A stretch of 20,668 bases of DNA. It comes from Selaginella moellendorffii. Taxonomy: Eukaryota; Plantae; Lycopodiophyta. Numbering within the stretch: position 1 is the stretch's first letter; each line of letters opens with the position of its first letter. The notes under the pieces were generated by a model. That model ran no database searches. It was not told the DNA's origin and saw only the letters and a list, made by a program, of their open reading frames with translations. This document shows positions 8,961-20,668 of this stretch, piece by piece. The position numbers were made by a program, and so were the translations under genes. The stretch covers positions 1-20,668 of the forward strand of contig NW_003314336.1 of assembly GCF_000143415.4 (NCBI RefSeq), read 5' to 3'.

Positions 8961-10199
8961 TACTTTCTTTGAGCACAGTAAGAAGTGGCGGTTGTCATCA
9001 CTTGCAATCTAGCTTTCAAGCAATTCACATCCACTTGCTCAAGACTTGGAGAATTTTAGTGATGCCAAGTTTATCCTTACTTATGACCATGCGTATGAGC
9101 CTTCTTAGGAATTGAAGGTCTCATGTTAGTTCCTAACTTAATCGTGTAACTAGAAGCTTGTGTCCAAGGCAAGAAATAGCAGCAGTAGCACATAATTACA
9201 TCAACAAGTACAAGTAAAAACATCAATAAAGCCCTCTATTTTTCATGCAACAATAGCAGTAACATCTTCAACAAATTCTCTCTTACACCCATATATAATC
9301 ATTTAGTAGAAACAATTCTATCTAGTTTTCACTAGCGACCATGGTGGAATAGGATATATCGTGAAAAGAAGTAAAATCCCAGCAAGAAATAATAGAAAAC
9401 ACCAAGACTACTCCAAAGAGAACACAACAGGAAGAAGATGACAAAACTGTCTATATAAATACAAAGACTACCCAATTCAATTGGAAATGGCAAAAGATCA
9501 ATTACACACATCTTCATGAAAATCAAAGCGGTTACAACTGTCCTCTAAGAACACTCAAAGTTTCGACAGTTGGGAAATTTCTTGATACTCAAGAAAAATT
9601 CCTAACACTTAAGACTTAACACATTCAAGAAAAATTTCCCTCACACTAAAGAAAAACTTTAAAGACTGTAAAAGATTGATTAAGCAACAAAACTATTCCT
9701 TCAAACTTCAAAGATATACAAGATATAAAGACTATATCCTCTATAGCTTTCAAAGTTACACCAAGTGTTATCTAAAGCAACAGTGTGATTACTGCATCGC
9801 AAAGAAGACTACTATAAATATTAAAAATAAAGAAGAGGCTAACAAAGAAAGCAATAAAAAAAAAACTAAGAAGAATGGGAACATGTGCAAGGAAGACCAT
9901 ATTTAGTTTAACTATTTCACAAGAGTTTAAAGCTTGACTTGGATTTATCGAGACCATATTTTCTTCCACACTTCCATTAATTTCTTAGGAATAGAAAAAC
10001 AAAAAAAGATTATACCAATCACAATAGTTTTCAATAACAAACTTTCTCTAGTGTTAAATGCAATTGAGATTAGGATTGTCATCCATAAATCTATCAACTT
10101 ATTGCTGGACAAAGAAATCTTGACACTCAAAAAAAACGTAATGATTCTACTTTGACTACTAAAAAGACTAATCAACAACACTTCCTCGCGTGTCCGACC

Positions 10200-10300
10200 N
10201 NNNNNNNNNNNNNNNNNNNNNNNNNNNNNNNNNNNNNNNNNNNNNNNNNNNNNNNNNNNNNNNNNNNNNNNNNNNNNNNNNNNNNNNNNNNNNNNNNNNA
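10200..10300. other. Assembly gap
   Basis: N run. Confidence 1.
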
Positions 10301-10626
10301 ATTCTAGGATAACCATCATGTCTACAAGCATGAGAACAACCTCGAATTCAAGCTTAGACACAAATTTGAAAAACTCAACCTCAAGATTCAGTTTGAAACA
10401 CTGTAATTCCAATCATAATCACTCAGATCAACAAAGAAGATATCAATTCGTGAGTTCACAAACAAATTCAACATATCCATATTAATGCAACAATGCCAAT
10501 TCAACTAATCACCGAAATTCCTATGACTAGACTATAAAACCAAAGCATAATCATCATCAAAATAATCCCAAGAGAATTTTGAAAAATCATCAAAGCTTCA
10601 CAATAAGAAACTCAAGAAATACAAAA

Positions 10627-10982
10627 CCACTAAAGATAATAACACTATAGAATTAAAAAAAGAAGATATAAAAATTGAAAATATTGCAATTATGACATTT
10701 CTCATTTTTTAATATAGGATATAAAAAGACTCTTGAAGGCACTCAAGAATCTATCTCTCAAGATTCAAGAAAAAATCTTCAATTTAGTCTTTGACAAAAC
10801 CAAAGACTTCCACTAAGGATAACAACATAGTAGAATTAGAAAAAAGAAGACTCAAAAATTGAAAAAATTGCAACTATAACATTTTTTGTCTTTGAATGTA
10901 GGATATAAAAAGACTCTTTAGAGCACTAAAGAATCTATCTCTCAAGATTCAAGAAAAAATCTTCAACTTAGTCTTAAACAAA
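10627..10982 (+). repeat. Tandem duplication, period about 183 bp
   Basis: CCACTAARGATAA at 10627 and 10810, with an identical core AAGAATCTATCTCTCAAGATTCAAGAAAAAATCTTCAA in both units. Confidence 0.9.
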
Positions 10983-11467
10983 TAAAATCAAGAAAACCAT
11001 GCAACAATATGTTCAGGAATTACCATCCATTATAAGAAATTTGTAGAAAAAAAAATATACACAAAACTAAGTTAATTGAATCTACAAGAGACCACCAACT
11101 TTTTTCCTTTAAGATATCAAGAAAATCATTGGACAAGAATTCTTTCAAGGATATATCACACCCAAAAGTGCAGCCATACACAAGCTAATTGGCAAAGAAA
11201 TACAAGATAAAACTTGGGCAAAAAAATGATGGATACACCTACAAACACTTAAGCTTTAGATAATTTTAAGATAATTTTCTGGAACCTATATCTTGACCCA
11301 TGGACAGCAATCAAAGATAGAAGAATATAGGAATCAAAGATTTGGAAACTTGTTTCGACATCAATATTGAGGACCACAACACTTTAAATATAACCACTAC
11401 TTAAGTCAGATTTTTTAAATATCACCATCGATTGAAAAGCATAGACATGTAAATGACTAATTTTTCC

Positions 11468-11553
11468 ATTTTACTTTAGTCACTTAACCACACCTCCGAC
11501 CACTTGGAGGAGTATCACTCACAACCTCCATAAGTCCTATTCTGGACTTGGGA
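11468..11553 (+). repeat. Dispersed direct repeat, copy 2
   Basis: Matches 8876-8960. Confidence 0.75.
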
Positions 11554-12389
11554 TTTGCTATCCCTAAAAATGGCATCTATGCCACTCAACTTTTACACTT
11601 GGTCCAAGTAGTTGGCCATCTTCACCACTTAGGAACTTCTCCTACATCTTGTGGATGTCATCTAGAAACTTAGCCATAGTCTTTGAAGCTAGTCATCATG
11701 TATAATAGACAGTGACAGTGGTGAAGGCAGTGCTTGCCTTCTATTTGAAGTCCCAGAATTGTCAAAGAGCTTCAAGACTGCTATGAATCCCAGAGGATAT
11801 GCAGCCTCCAAAGGAAAACATCTGGAGCCTAAGTCAGGCTGGAGGAAAATATACCTTGAGAAACTTGTAGATAATAGCTTCATGATGATGGAACATGCAT
11901 AACACTCTACATAAGAAATCGAAAATTAAGCTTTAATCACCATTGGGGGCATTGCCTGCTGTAAAAATGTCAACTTAATTTACTATACCACAAATGTTGG
12001 TGACATAGTTTATGCTAAAGTTGATGGAAATGCAAATGTTGCTTTCACAATAAAGAAATTCTATAGAATGTTTGTGGATATTTAAATGGTAATAAAACTT
12101 CAAGACCTCATTCTACTATTTGTAACTACAAGCTTAAAACTGGTAGTCTAAAAGTTAATATTTATAAAATTATCCTTAATTTTAAGAATACAATTTTTGG
12201 AAAAATATTAATTTACTGCACCATGAAGCAACAGTTTTTTCAAGCTAGAAAGGATTAATTTCTTTTAGTGGTTGTTGGCTACAAAAATTTCATCACTCAA
12301 CAAATATTTCAATTCAGAAATGAGCATGTATGCTTGAAGAAGTTTCCTCTGAATACTCACAATACTAGAATTGCCTTTGAATAGCATAT

Positions 12390-12560
12390 NNNNNNNNNNN
12401 NNNNNNNNNNNNNNNNNNNNNNNNNNNNNNNNNNNNNNNNNNNNNNNNNNNNNNNNNNNNNNNNNNNNNNNNNNNNNNNNNNNNNNNNNNNNNNNNNNNN
12501 NNNNNNNNNNNNNNNNNNNNNNNNNNNNNNNNNNNNNNNNNNNNNNNNNNNNNNNNNNNN
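12390..12560. other. Assembly gap
   Basis: N run. Confidence 1.
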
Positions 12561-13692
12561 TCTTGGTGGCTGCTTGGATTGACTTACATCCACTATAAAA
12601 TCATGATGAAATATCCATTCATTTCCCTAAAACCTTACCGATGGGCAAGAATGGATCAAGACTGTTTCTCTTCCTATCATCAATTAATTAACATATTGAT
12701 GTTCTTTTTATTTATCATCAACATGAGATGGCACCTCTATATATCTAACTGGCTGTTTTCAAATGTGATATTTAGGGCATTGGGTGAGCCTGATTGAATG
12801 TGCCAATGGCAGAAATTTTAGCATGAAGGGTTTAGATATCTCTATTGTGCATTCTAGGGTTTTTAGATCATAGGTGGGATTTTTGTGATAACTCATACTG
12901 TGAGGATTCATTGTTTTCTCTCAGTCAATTATCAGATTTTTTGTTAATTTTTCATTTCTCCCTTGACAAGATTTGTGAAAATGGTATAATCTAGCATATA
13001 ACACAACAATTGTGGAAACTGAGTATCCCCTAAGGCAGGCTTTCTCACGGAATATTCAATATAATATTAGTATAACCATAAATGGTTAACAAATGGTATG
13101 GATAACTTTATGCAGGTTGAATGTTTAATTACAATTCTCTATATTTTATTGGCTATAGCCTTTGTAAACCAAGCTCATATAAACATATTAATAAATACCT
13201 AGCTGTCTCAAATATGTCATGTAAACTTTGTAAAGACTCAATCTAATACAGCTCACTAAAAAATGCTATTAAATTTAATCTTCCTCAACCATGTTTTCCT
13301 TGTATAAGAATTAAATGTCCAATTTAAAACCATCGAAGTTGTGAACATTGTAGGAAAATAAAAAAAGACTTTGTACATGTTATGACCCTTTTTTTCAGTA
13401 GCATGATAAAAAAAACTATTTTAGGTGTTGAACTCACACTACTGATTCTTGGGTATGGGCATCAAGAAGAATGTAAGAGATACATTGAATAAAGGTAGGT
13501 GGTGCTAGAGAACTGCTATAGTAAGAGGAAGGTTTGTCATGGCAATCAATGTCAAGAAAGCTAGGGCAATGATCAAGTATTCTTTGAGGGTAATGGTAAA
13601 TGGATTGATCCATGAAGTGTGCAATGGGTGGCAATAGTGATGGGACAAACAGGGTCTACCTCTTGAATTCAGAGCAAATAGATCCCTCAACC

Positions 13693-14500
13693 ATGGCAAC
13701 AACAACACTGATTCCCAGTTAGATAATAATGTTGCATACTAGTGCCTCTTGTGAGTGCCACTATCAGCCCACGGGTAAATGTATAAAGTGAACATAGCAT
13801 GGAGGAATCTTGACTCCAATGCCAAGTTTTATGATGATCATTCTGTATAGGGCTTCAAGTGAGCCGATGCTACTAATAGATTCACATAGATTCACACCGT
13901 CCCAAGTACAATTGTGTTACTAGAGAACGAGGAGGATGGTATACTTGTGGTAACAGTGTTTCTCAATCATGGGAAAGGGGTCTTGATCATGGCATTCAAT
14001 CCCAGAAATGCCAAGAGTGGATGATTATTCCACATCAGTACATAGGAGGATTTGTGTGTCAAGCTCTCGGCAGTAATTTCTATCTTATTGGCCTTTTAAC
14101 TACACATGAATCAATGGAGTTCCTTGGCATCAATGTTATGTCCTTGAAAGTTATGTGCGTCTATGGTTATGGATGGTTGACTCTATGTAATGTGTGGCAC
14201 TTATATGGGGATACATCCGATAGCCAAGATATACAGTCTAGTGGATGATCAATGGGATCCTCTACCATCACTGATATTACCAGTGAGTCTTCACTTTGCA
14301 CTTGTCATTGACAACAAGATGCTTATGAAAGATGGTGGTTGCTTCTTCAAATCAACACTTGTTTTATCAGCACAAGATCTTTCATGGAAAGAGATGGATA
14401 TAATTGCATTACATAGATGATACTGCTTTATACACTCAAACAAATCTGCAAGCCCAACATGTATGGATTGTTGAGGGAATAACACGTGGATATGGGTCAA
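13693..14500 (+). pseudogene. F-box/kelch-repeat protein pseudogene
   Basis: MATTTLIPS/LDNNVAY*CLL*VPLSAHG*MYKVNIAWRNLDSNAKFYDD matches the plant F-box pattern LIPGL..D.A..CL.RVP....V...WR.L.....FY. Kelch-like GFVCQALGSNFYLIG and MDG*LYVMCG...AKIYSLVDDQWDPLPSL follow. Multiple stops and frameshifts; the 3' end is approximate. Confidence 0.9.
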
Positions 14501-15439
14501 TGTGGTGAATGCTTCTCATGCGAATAACTACAAGCTAATGTTCTGCTTAACAAGCTGCTGCAAGAATATCTGGATAATTTTAAAAAATTACATAGGTGTG
14601 TGTGTATGATCTAGATGGCACTGACACCAAAGTGATTGATGTTTACAATCTTGGTGTGCCATTCATTAGCAATCCAATGAATACCAATGTGCATGTTCTT
14701 TGTGGCTAATGTAATTACAGAATAAATATTAAAAAATCATGGTACAGAAAAGGCTCAACTTCTTCTTACAATCAAGTATGCTTTGCCATACCTTCACTTT
14801 CAAAACTTTCAAAATACCACCTATGTTTATTAATGTTTCAAATATAAAAAAAATAATAGAAATAAAAAGCCTAATAAGAAATTTTTCAAAATTACTAAAC
14901 AACTAAAATGTACACGACACTCCCAGCTTCACTTCTGAGATTTCTCCTTCTGCATATTTTCAACAAAATTATATTGAATATATATTTGAAAATTTTATGT
15001 CTAAAAATTAAGAACCTTAGTAACTTTCTAACTATAAATATATAATATGATGAGAAATATATGTCTGTTGTGAGTGCATAAAATATGGAAATGGAATATA
15101 GAAATATGCATATTAATTAGCTTAAAAACCCTAGCTTATATATAAAAGCAAGTGGTCCAAATTGAAACCAATTTAATGGCTACTAAAATCCCACTACATT
15201 AATATTAGTATACGGCATTGTAATCGTACACTTGGACCTCATATCATCCCTACTCTTAGAATGATGGAAGACTGTTAGGGTTCTCTCATGGATAGGTCAA
15301 GATCTGGAGGAACATTAAGAGGAGGCATCAATGGATTTGTAAGTGGTGCCAATTATTTTTTGTCCCTTTGTATAAAGAATTTCAGTTGCTACACATACAC
15401 AATTTCTAGAGGATCAGCCTGTTGAATGTCATGCCAAAT

Positions 15440-16525
15440 CTCATCAACTTGCAGTCCCACTTACTACAACACTTGATATGGTCCTTTACTGAGTAAAGAG
15501 CCCCTTAGATAAACCACACACCTTAAAATTGGGAAAATGGACTAACACCAAGTTATCCACTTTAAACTTTGCAAGTGGATGATGATGGGAGTTGTATTGC
15601 TATTAGGTAGTTCACCTCTACTAGTTGTAATATATGGTTGATATATACAATGGGATGGCACTGATCAGGCACACTCAGAATATCTTGCATCCACACACCT
15701 CCAAGGCTGATATAAAAAACATCCATATGCAAAATGAAAGGTTAGTTGGGATATGTCAAAACTGGAGGAGTCGTTAATAGCTCTTTGAGATCCGTAAACA
15801 CTCACTCACAATCTGTAGACCAGATGAAAGGATGTTGATGACTTTAGCAATCCTCATAACTCAACAGACTCTACTTAACAAGTGGAAGAATGCTTATCAA
15901 AGACTGATCCCACAGCCTAGCATCCGAAAGAATGAACATGAATGCTAGAACATCATTCAATTAAAGAAGAAGTATCCAACAATAGTTGCAAATGTGCTAG
16001 CAAGAGCATCAACTTCCACCTAATGAGTCAAGTAGTCAGAAGCAATAATGACATCAACCATAGTATTCTCTAAGAAATGAACAACATCAAAATTATATAT
16101 CTAAAGTTTCAAAGCCCATCAAGTAGTACAGCTAACCAAATTCTTCCACTTTAATAATGAAGTAATTGCAATATGATCACCTTCTAGTAATGTCTGAGAA
16201 CTATGTAAATAGGCATGAAGTTTCTCAAAACCCCAAATTGCATCTAAACACTCCTCTATTGTGGAATAGTTCACCTTCGCTAGTTGTAATGTATAGTTGA
16301 TATATGCAAAGGGCTAGTGTTAACTAGGCACACTCGGGCTCTCTTGCATCAACACACCTCTAACACTAATATTAGAAGCATCTACACACAAAATAAAAGG
16401 TTAAATGTAGTCAGGATATGCCAAATCTAGAGAAGTCGTTAATAACTCTTTGAGATTTATAAACATATGCTCATAGTTCATAGACCAAATAAAAAACGAC
16501 ATTGACAACTTCAGCAACGCCCTCA
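15440..16525 (-). mobile_element. Scrambled Ty3/gypsy pol fragments of a different family, with a duplicated RNase H segment (about 15608-15855 and about 16268-16525)
   Basis: PFIWSTDCE*VFTDLKELLTTPPVLTYP...PFILHMD...LGGVWMQ...HPIVY; EECLDAIWGFEKLHAYL...GDHIAI...WALKL*IYNFDV; integrase tail FKVDNLVLV...GPYQV at about 15470-15570. Confidence 0.85.
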
Positions 16526-16609
16526 ATAGTGTAGTGCGATTAAAAAGATGATCATTAAAATGACCAAAATACTGATCATCTTTTTCCTATAATGTAATGT
16601 AATGCTTGG

Positions 16610-17400
16610 ATGGCAGGCTTCATCGTTGAGTATGTGAAATCCGGTAGGTTGCTGTGCAAGCATTGCAAGCTCAAACTTTTCTAGCAATTTCTTTCTTTTC
16701 TTCTTCTTGTGGAAGGCATCACTCCAAATGCATTTGGAGATCCAAGCTCTCCTGTCGTGGGCGCTCTCAAGGCCAAAGGCTTCGCTGCATTGAAAGTACT
16801 TTTTTTTGCAGAATGCGACGAGACAAGAGAGCTTTCTGATTTGTACAGGCTTCGGATCAAACTATCATGAAGGATATGCTACAGGGAAAATACTTGGCTC
16901 TGAGGAGAAAGCTGTTGTGCCGAGGGAAACTCGACAGCTTTGGAGTTGTCCAGCTTTGAGCCATCTCAGTTCCCTACATGCTACATTTACATTTAACGCT
17001 TTTGATTGTATTAATCTTTCAAGACGCATAGGATGTATCTCTGCCCGTTGGGAGTCATTTTACTCGTTAACAATGTAAGCTTCTCTTACGATAATGCACA
17101 GGATCATGGTACTAGAAACATTCGTGAGGTCGCGGGAATACGGGATAAGATTGTCCAATAAGCCAGTGATCCTTCGGAGGTACTTTTACTCGATTTGCAG
17201 CTAGATAATAGTGGAATGTTGTCAGACTAGGTTGCAGCTTTCAACTTTGACAGCTGCCTTGTGAACACTGATGTGAAAAGGAAAAGCTACAGGCCTGTCA
17301 CAAAGAGGGGTATAAACTGTGAAGTGCTTGCTCGTTGCTTTCACTTGTTCTTTTTTGTGTTAGGTGGTGTCCACAAACGAGTCCAACATCGGTAGGCGGT
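16610..17400 (+). pseudogene. ZDP: ZDP-like polynucleotide (DNA) 3'-phosphatase pseudogene with an N-terminal PARP-type zinc finger
   Basis: MAGFIVEYVKSGRLLCKHC, HHSKC and GFAALK|ASDQ (zf-PARP). VAAFNFDSCLVNTDVK matches the PNKP-family AAFDFDGCL. EKLQACHKEGYKL|VVSTNESNI follows. Short introns include 16796-16848 (53 nt). There are internal deletions, the catalytic Asp is changed to Asn, and the 3' part is missing. Confidence 0.85.
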
Positions 17401-17611
17401 CATGACCCAACTTGAGAGTGTGAAGCGAGGCAGCTTGAGGCTTGCAACATCTCTTGCAAGCGCTTTGAGAATGCTGGGGTAACTGGAGCTTTGGTAAGGA
17501 AATCTTACCATCGCCAATGCTTTTCTCTTCCAGATTCCACTGTGGAAAAATTGTGATTCGCTACTGGTTTGATGGTGACGGTTTTACAAATTCCTAGAGT
17601 TTGATAGGAAA
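17401..17611 (+). pseudogene. Two exon-like segments of an unidentified gene fused to the ZDP remnant
   Basis: Raised GC, a 55-nt GT-AG intron at 17479-17533 with a polypyrimidine tract, and a donor GTAAGT at 17612. No ZDP similarity is recognisable in any frame. Confidence 0.4.
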
Positions 17612-18704
17612 GTAAGTTGGTTTATTTCAACGGTATTCTATGATCTTTTGATGCCTTTCAGGAATCTTAGGAAACAACTCATAATTCAAATAAAAAATCA
17701 AATCTGTTGGGACTTGCTACAATTTAATCATGTTTTTTCCAAACCTTTGCCAAAACAGCTAAAAGCATGCTTCACGTCTTTACCAATACCAAAGTCACTA
17801 CTGTAAATCTTGCAAGCTCCAAGCAAAGCTCCAGACCTGGCAAGAAAGTTATAACTTGCAAACATAAAACTATAGTGCTACTTGGCTAGATTGATCCTTG
17901 AGTTTTATGCTGAATAAATCTCATGAACCATAAATTCACATATCTTTCTATGCAAGTAATTTCATTCCATTCATTTCCAATCAACTAAATTGATATATTG
18001 GCTATATAGCAATGTCAAGCTTTTAATAAGAGTAAGCTTAACTTATAATATAGGTTGTGTTGAGAGTTGTTTCAAACATTATGATGACTTTAAACATTTT
18101 TAAATTTTAACACAGACAATTAAAGACTCATATATGATGATAATTTGCCATATCTAATCCAGTATGCAAATTTAGTGAATGAAAGGAATTATGGTAAGAA
18201 AAATTTCTTTGGGTTTGCATCTATTGTAATTATTGAAGGTATCTCACCTATCTCACCTATCTCAAGGTATTGAACATAATTTTGCTCAACATCTATATAA
18301 AGACAAATATGGACGTGTATGGGATCTGGCATTTCAAAATGTTGCCATTGGATAAAGTATATATCATTATTATCAAATCATATTATATGAGCTTTGAATG
18401 CATATGCTATTATAGATTTTATAGTGAATAAAACTTTCAAATTTACATTTTTGTTTATAATTAATTATAATATATATAAGTATAATTATAGATAAATGTA
18501 TGGCTAGAGATTTAAATTCAAAACAGGGGAAGATGACCCAGTTATACTTTGCCACATTATAACTGCCTCAAGATCATTTTGAAGATAAATGACATAACAC
18601 AATATGGACTATAAGAAGTTGATGCAAATATAGATAGTGGAAATATGCTTTATTTCGTTAAAGTGGAACTTATTCAGTAAAGTGGGACATTAATTAGCAT
18701 GTGT

Positions 18705-18878
18705 CCACATGCCATTTCCTAGTACTTAATTAATATTTATTAATATTTCTATCAGTCTTTTAATTTATTTTTTATATTTCACAATATTATAACACAAAAT
18801 CATATGAAAAGTTTTTAATTTATAAATTATAAAGCTAAAACTTCAATTTTTTATTGTTGTTATAAAAATGGCATGTGG
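18705..18878. repeat. 13-bp inverted repeat pair around an AT-rich spacer (MITE-like)
   Basis: CCACATGCCATTT at 18705-18717 and AAATGGCATGTGG at 18866-18878. Confidence 0.5.
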
Positions 18879-18883
18879 CCACA

Positions 18884-19203
18884 NNNNNNNNNNNNNNNNN
18901 NNNNNNNNNNNNNNNNNNNNNNNNNNNNNNNNNNNNNNNNNNNNNNNNNNNNNNNNNNNNNNNNNNNNNNNNNNNNNNNNNNNNNNNNNNNNNNNNNNNN
19001 NNNNNNNNNNNNNNNNNNNNNNNNNNNNNNNNNNNNNNNNNNNNNNNNNNNNNNNNNNNNNNNNNNNNNNNNNNNNNNNNNNNNNNNNNNNNNNNNNNNN
19101 NNNNNNNNNNNNNNNNNNNNNNNNNNNNNNNNNNNNNNNNNNNNNNNNNNNNNNNNNNNNNNNNNNNNNNNNNNNNNNNNNNNNNNNNNNNNNNNNNNNN
19201 NNN
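18884..19203. other. Assembly gap
   Basis: N run. Confidence 1.
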
Positions 19204-20668
19204 TATAGCTATTAAATTAAAATAAAAAGCAATAGTGTATCAGTTGAGCACACTATACTCCATCATCAAGAAGTTGACATACCTATAATAATCAATACTC
19301 AGAGCAGCAGTATAACTCAGAAATAAGCTATGTCAAATATTTATTAGACCATATTTTGATGTGAGATATATACAGATTCAAAATGTTTTCTTATGTATTT
19401 TGAATCTTTTGAACCATTTCAATTTCAATTTTACATTCAAAAGTTTTTAGAAGGCAAATACTTTTTATGATGGCTTCTTATATCTCTGTTTTTTATAGGT
19501 CCTATATAAATTCCCATGTTTCTACAGGTGTTGTTTTTTATAGTTTTTCTTTTAAAAAAGTTTTTATATTTTAGATAATGGTATGTTAGTTTATGTCAAG
19601 AGCATATATAAAATATATTCATGAATATTTTTAGATATAATTTTATAAATATTTTATAAACAATATATTTTATAATACAAGAGAATGAAGAAGTAGAGAG
19701 GATAAAATGAAATAATAATACTTTATTCACAAATAATAAACATAAAATATAAATTTAAAATTAAAAAGAAAATAACTTTATGTTTTATTATATATTGATA
19801 AGTCATTATATAACATTAAATAAAGTAATATATTCAAAATAAAATAGTATTATTACGAACATATTAATGTGTTAGATCTATGTATGTTTATAATCATGTT
19901 CTCGTTTATATAATTGCTGAATAATAAGTATTATTGACAAATTTATTACTAATATATTTTAAATTTTCTAGATTTTTAGTAATATATGATTTAAATCTTT
20001 GGCTAGAGACAATATTGTAGAAAATTATCAAATGTTTTTAAAATTTCGAAGTATTTTTGAAATTATACCTTCCATATATAGCTTACTAGCATGATATCAC
20101 TTAATTATAATCTTGATGAAGCATGGTTTATTATTTTGTCTATCAATCTGGATATTTAATTGGGAGCTTTTCTACTACATTTTAGCCTAAATCACTTTTA
20201 TTCACAAGTATTTTGTCTCTTCATCATTTAGTTTTCATAGTAGTTATCTTATATATTATGAGTTACAAAAAGTTTTACACAAGCTTGATCTAACACTAAA
20301 GCATGTTTTACTTGGAAAGGTGTTGGAAAGGTTGAAAGGTTGGAAAGGTTTTAGAGATGTATTAATATTATATATTTTATTAAATAAATAATATAAATAT
20401 TTTTAAAAACTATATTCTCTATCTTTCTTGTATCATTCTTACAAATATGACCCATAATTGTGTTCTATTTGGAAACCATTAACTTCTGTGTTTTTTAAAA
20501 CTTAATTTACCCTTTTGAACTAGCTGGATATTTTAGTCATGCTTAGGTAACAACTCTCAAGGATTGAATTAATACAATTGCAGAAAAAAACTCTAGAGCA
20601 ATATCAAAAACTTTATATAAACTATGTGTCACTATTGAAAGAAAAGATCAAATTTATGTAAAGCTGCT

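Larger units (their letters stand above)
9700..11250 (+). mobile_element. Possible heavily decayed retroelement internal region
   Basis: Strongly A-skewed. Only weak motifs: CDYC near 9785, a protease-like hydrophobic stretch in ORF 9934-10155, and an RT-thumb-like IKKIIG..FFQGYI....AIHKLIGK...W......LK at about 11115-11250. Confidence 0.3.

Noticed and set aside
16643-16714. Intron GTAGGT...GAAG giving YVKS-GITPNAFG
   Set aside because: Reading through gives the conserved zf-PARP KSGR..C..C, and HHSKC lies in another frame. The join is better explained by a deletion in a pseudogene.
9945-19225. ORFs containing X runs (9945-10412, 12357-12598, 18868-19225)
   Set aside because: They are open only because of N gaps.
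19204-20668. AT-rich tail with short repeats such as TTGGAAAGG near 20312-20350
   Set aside because: Low complexity, with no coding signal or element ends recognisable.

Overview
Repeat-rich plant nuclear DNA with three assembly gaps and no intact gene. Very short introns (about 45-55 nt) and the F-box/kelch type suggest a Selaginella-like lycophyte, which is an inference. Bases 1-8434 are a nest of two diverged, internally deleted copies of one minus-strand Ty3/gypsy chromovirus family. Copy A (844-2973) is CpG-rich and retains RT, RNase H and part of integrase. Copy B (about 2974-8434) retains the 5' LTR, tRNA-iMet PBS, gag, protease, part of integrase and the chromodomain. Each copy is interrupted in integrase by a second, related LTR type carrying a 12-bp tandem array. 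The main finding is that the integrase coding sequence is split by short spliceosomal-type introns. One (47 nt, 1397-1443) sits inside the HPET/DGQTER catalytic motif. The other (52 nt at 927-978; 51 nt at 3520-3570, same site in both copies) sits just before the GPY/F motif and chromodomain. Removing them restores the canonical integrase motifs exactly, while unspliced RNA would give truncated integrase. The rest of the window holds degraded retroelement remnants, an F-box/kelch pseudogene (13693-14500), scrambled Ty3/gypsy pol fragments (15440-16525), a fragmented ZDP-like pseudogene (PARP zinc finger plus DNA 3'-phosphatase, 16610-17400) and AT-rich non-coding DNA.
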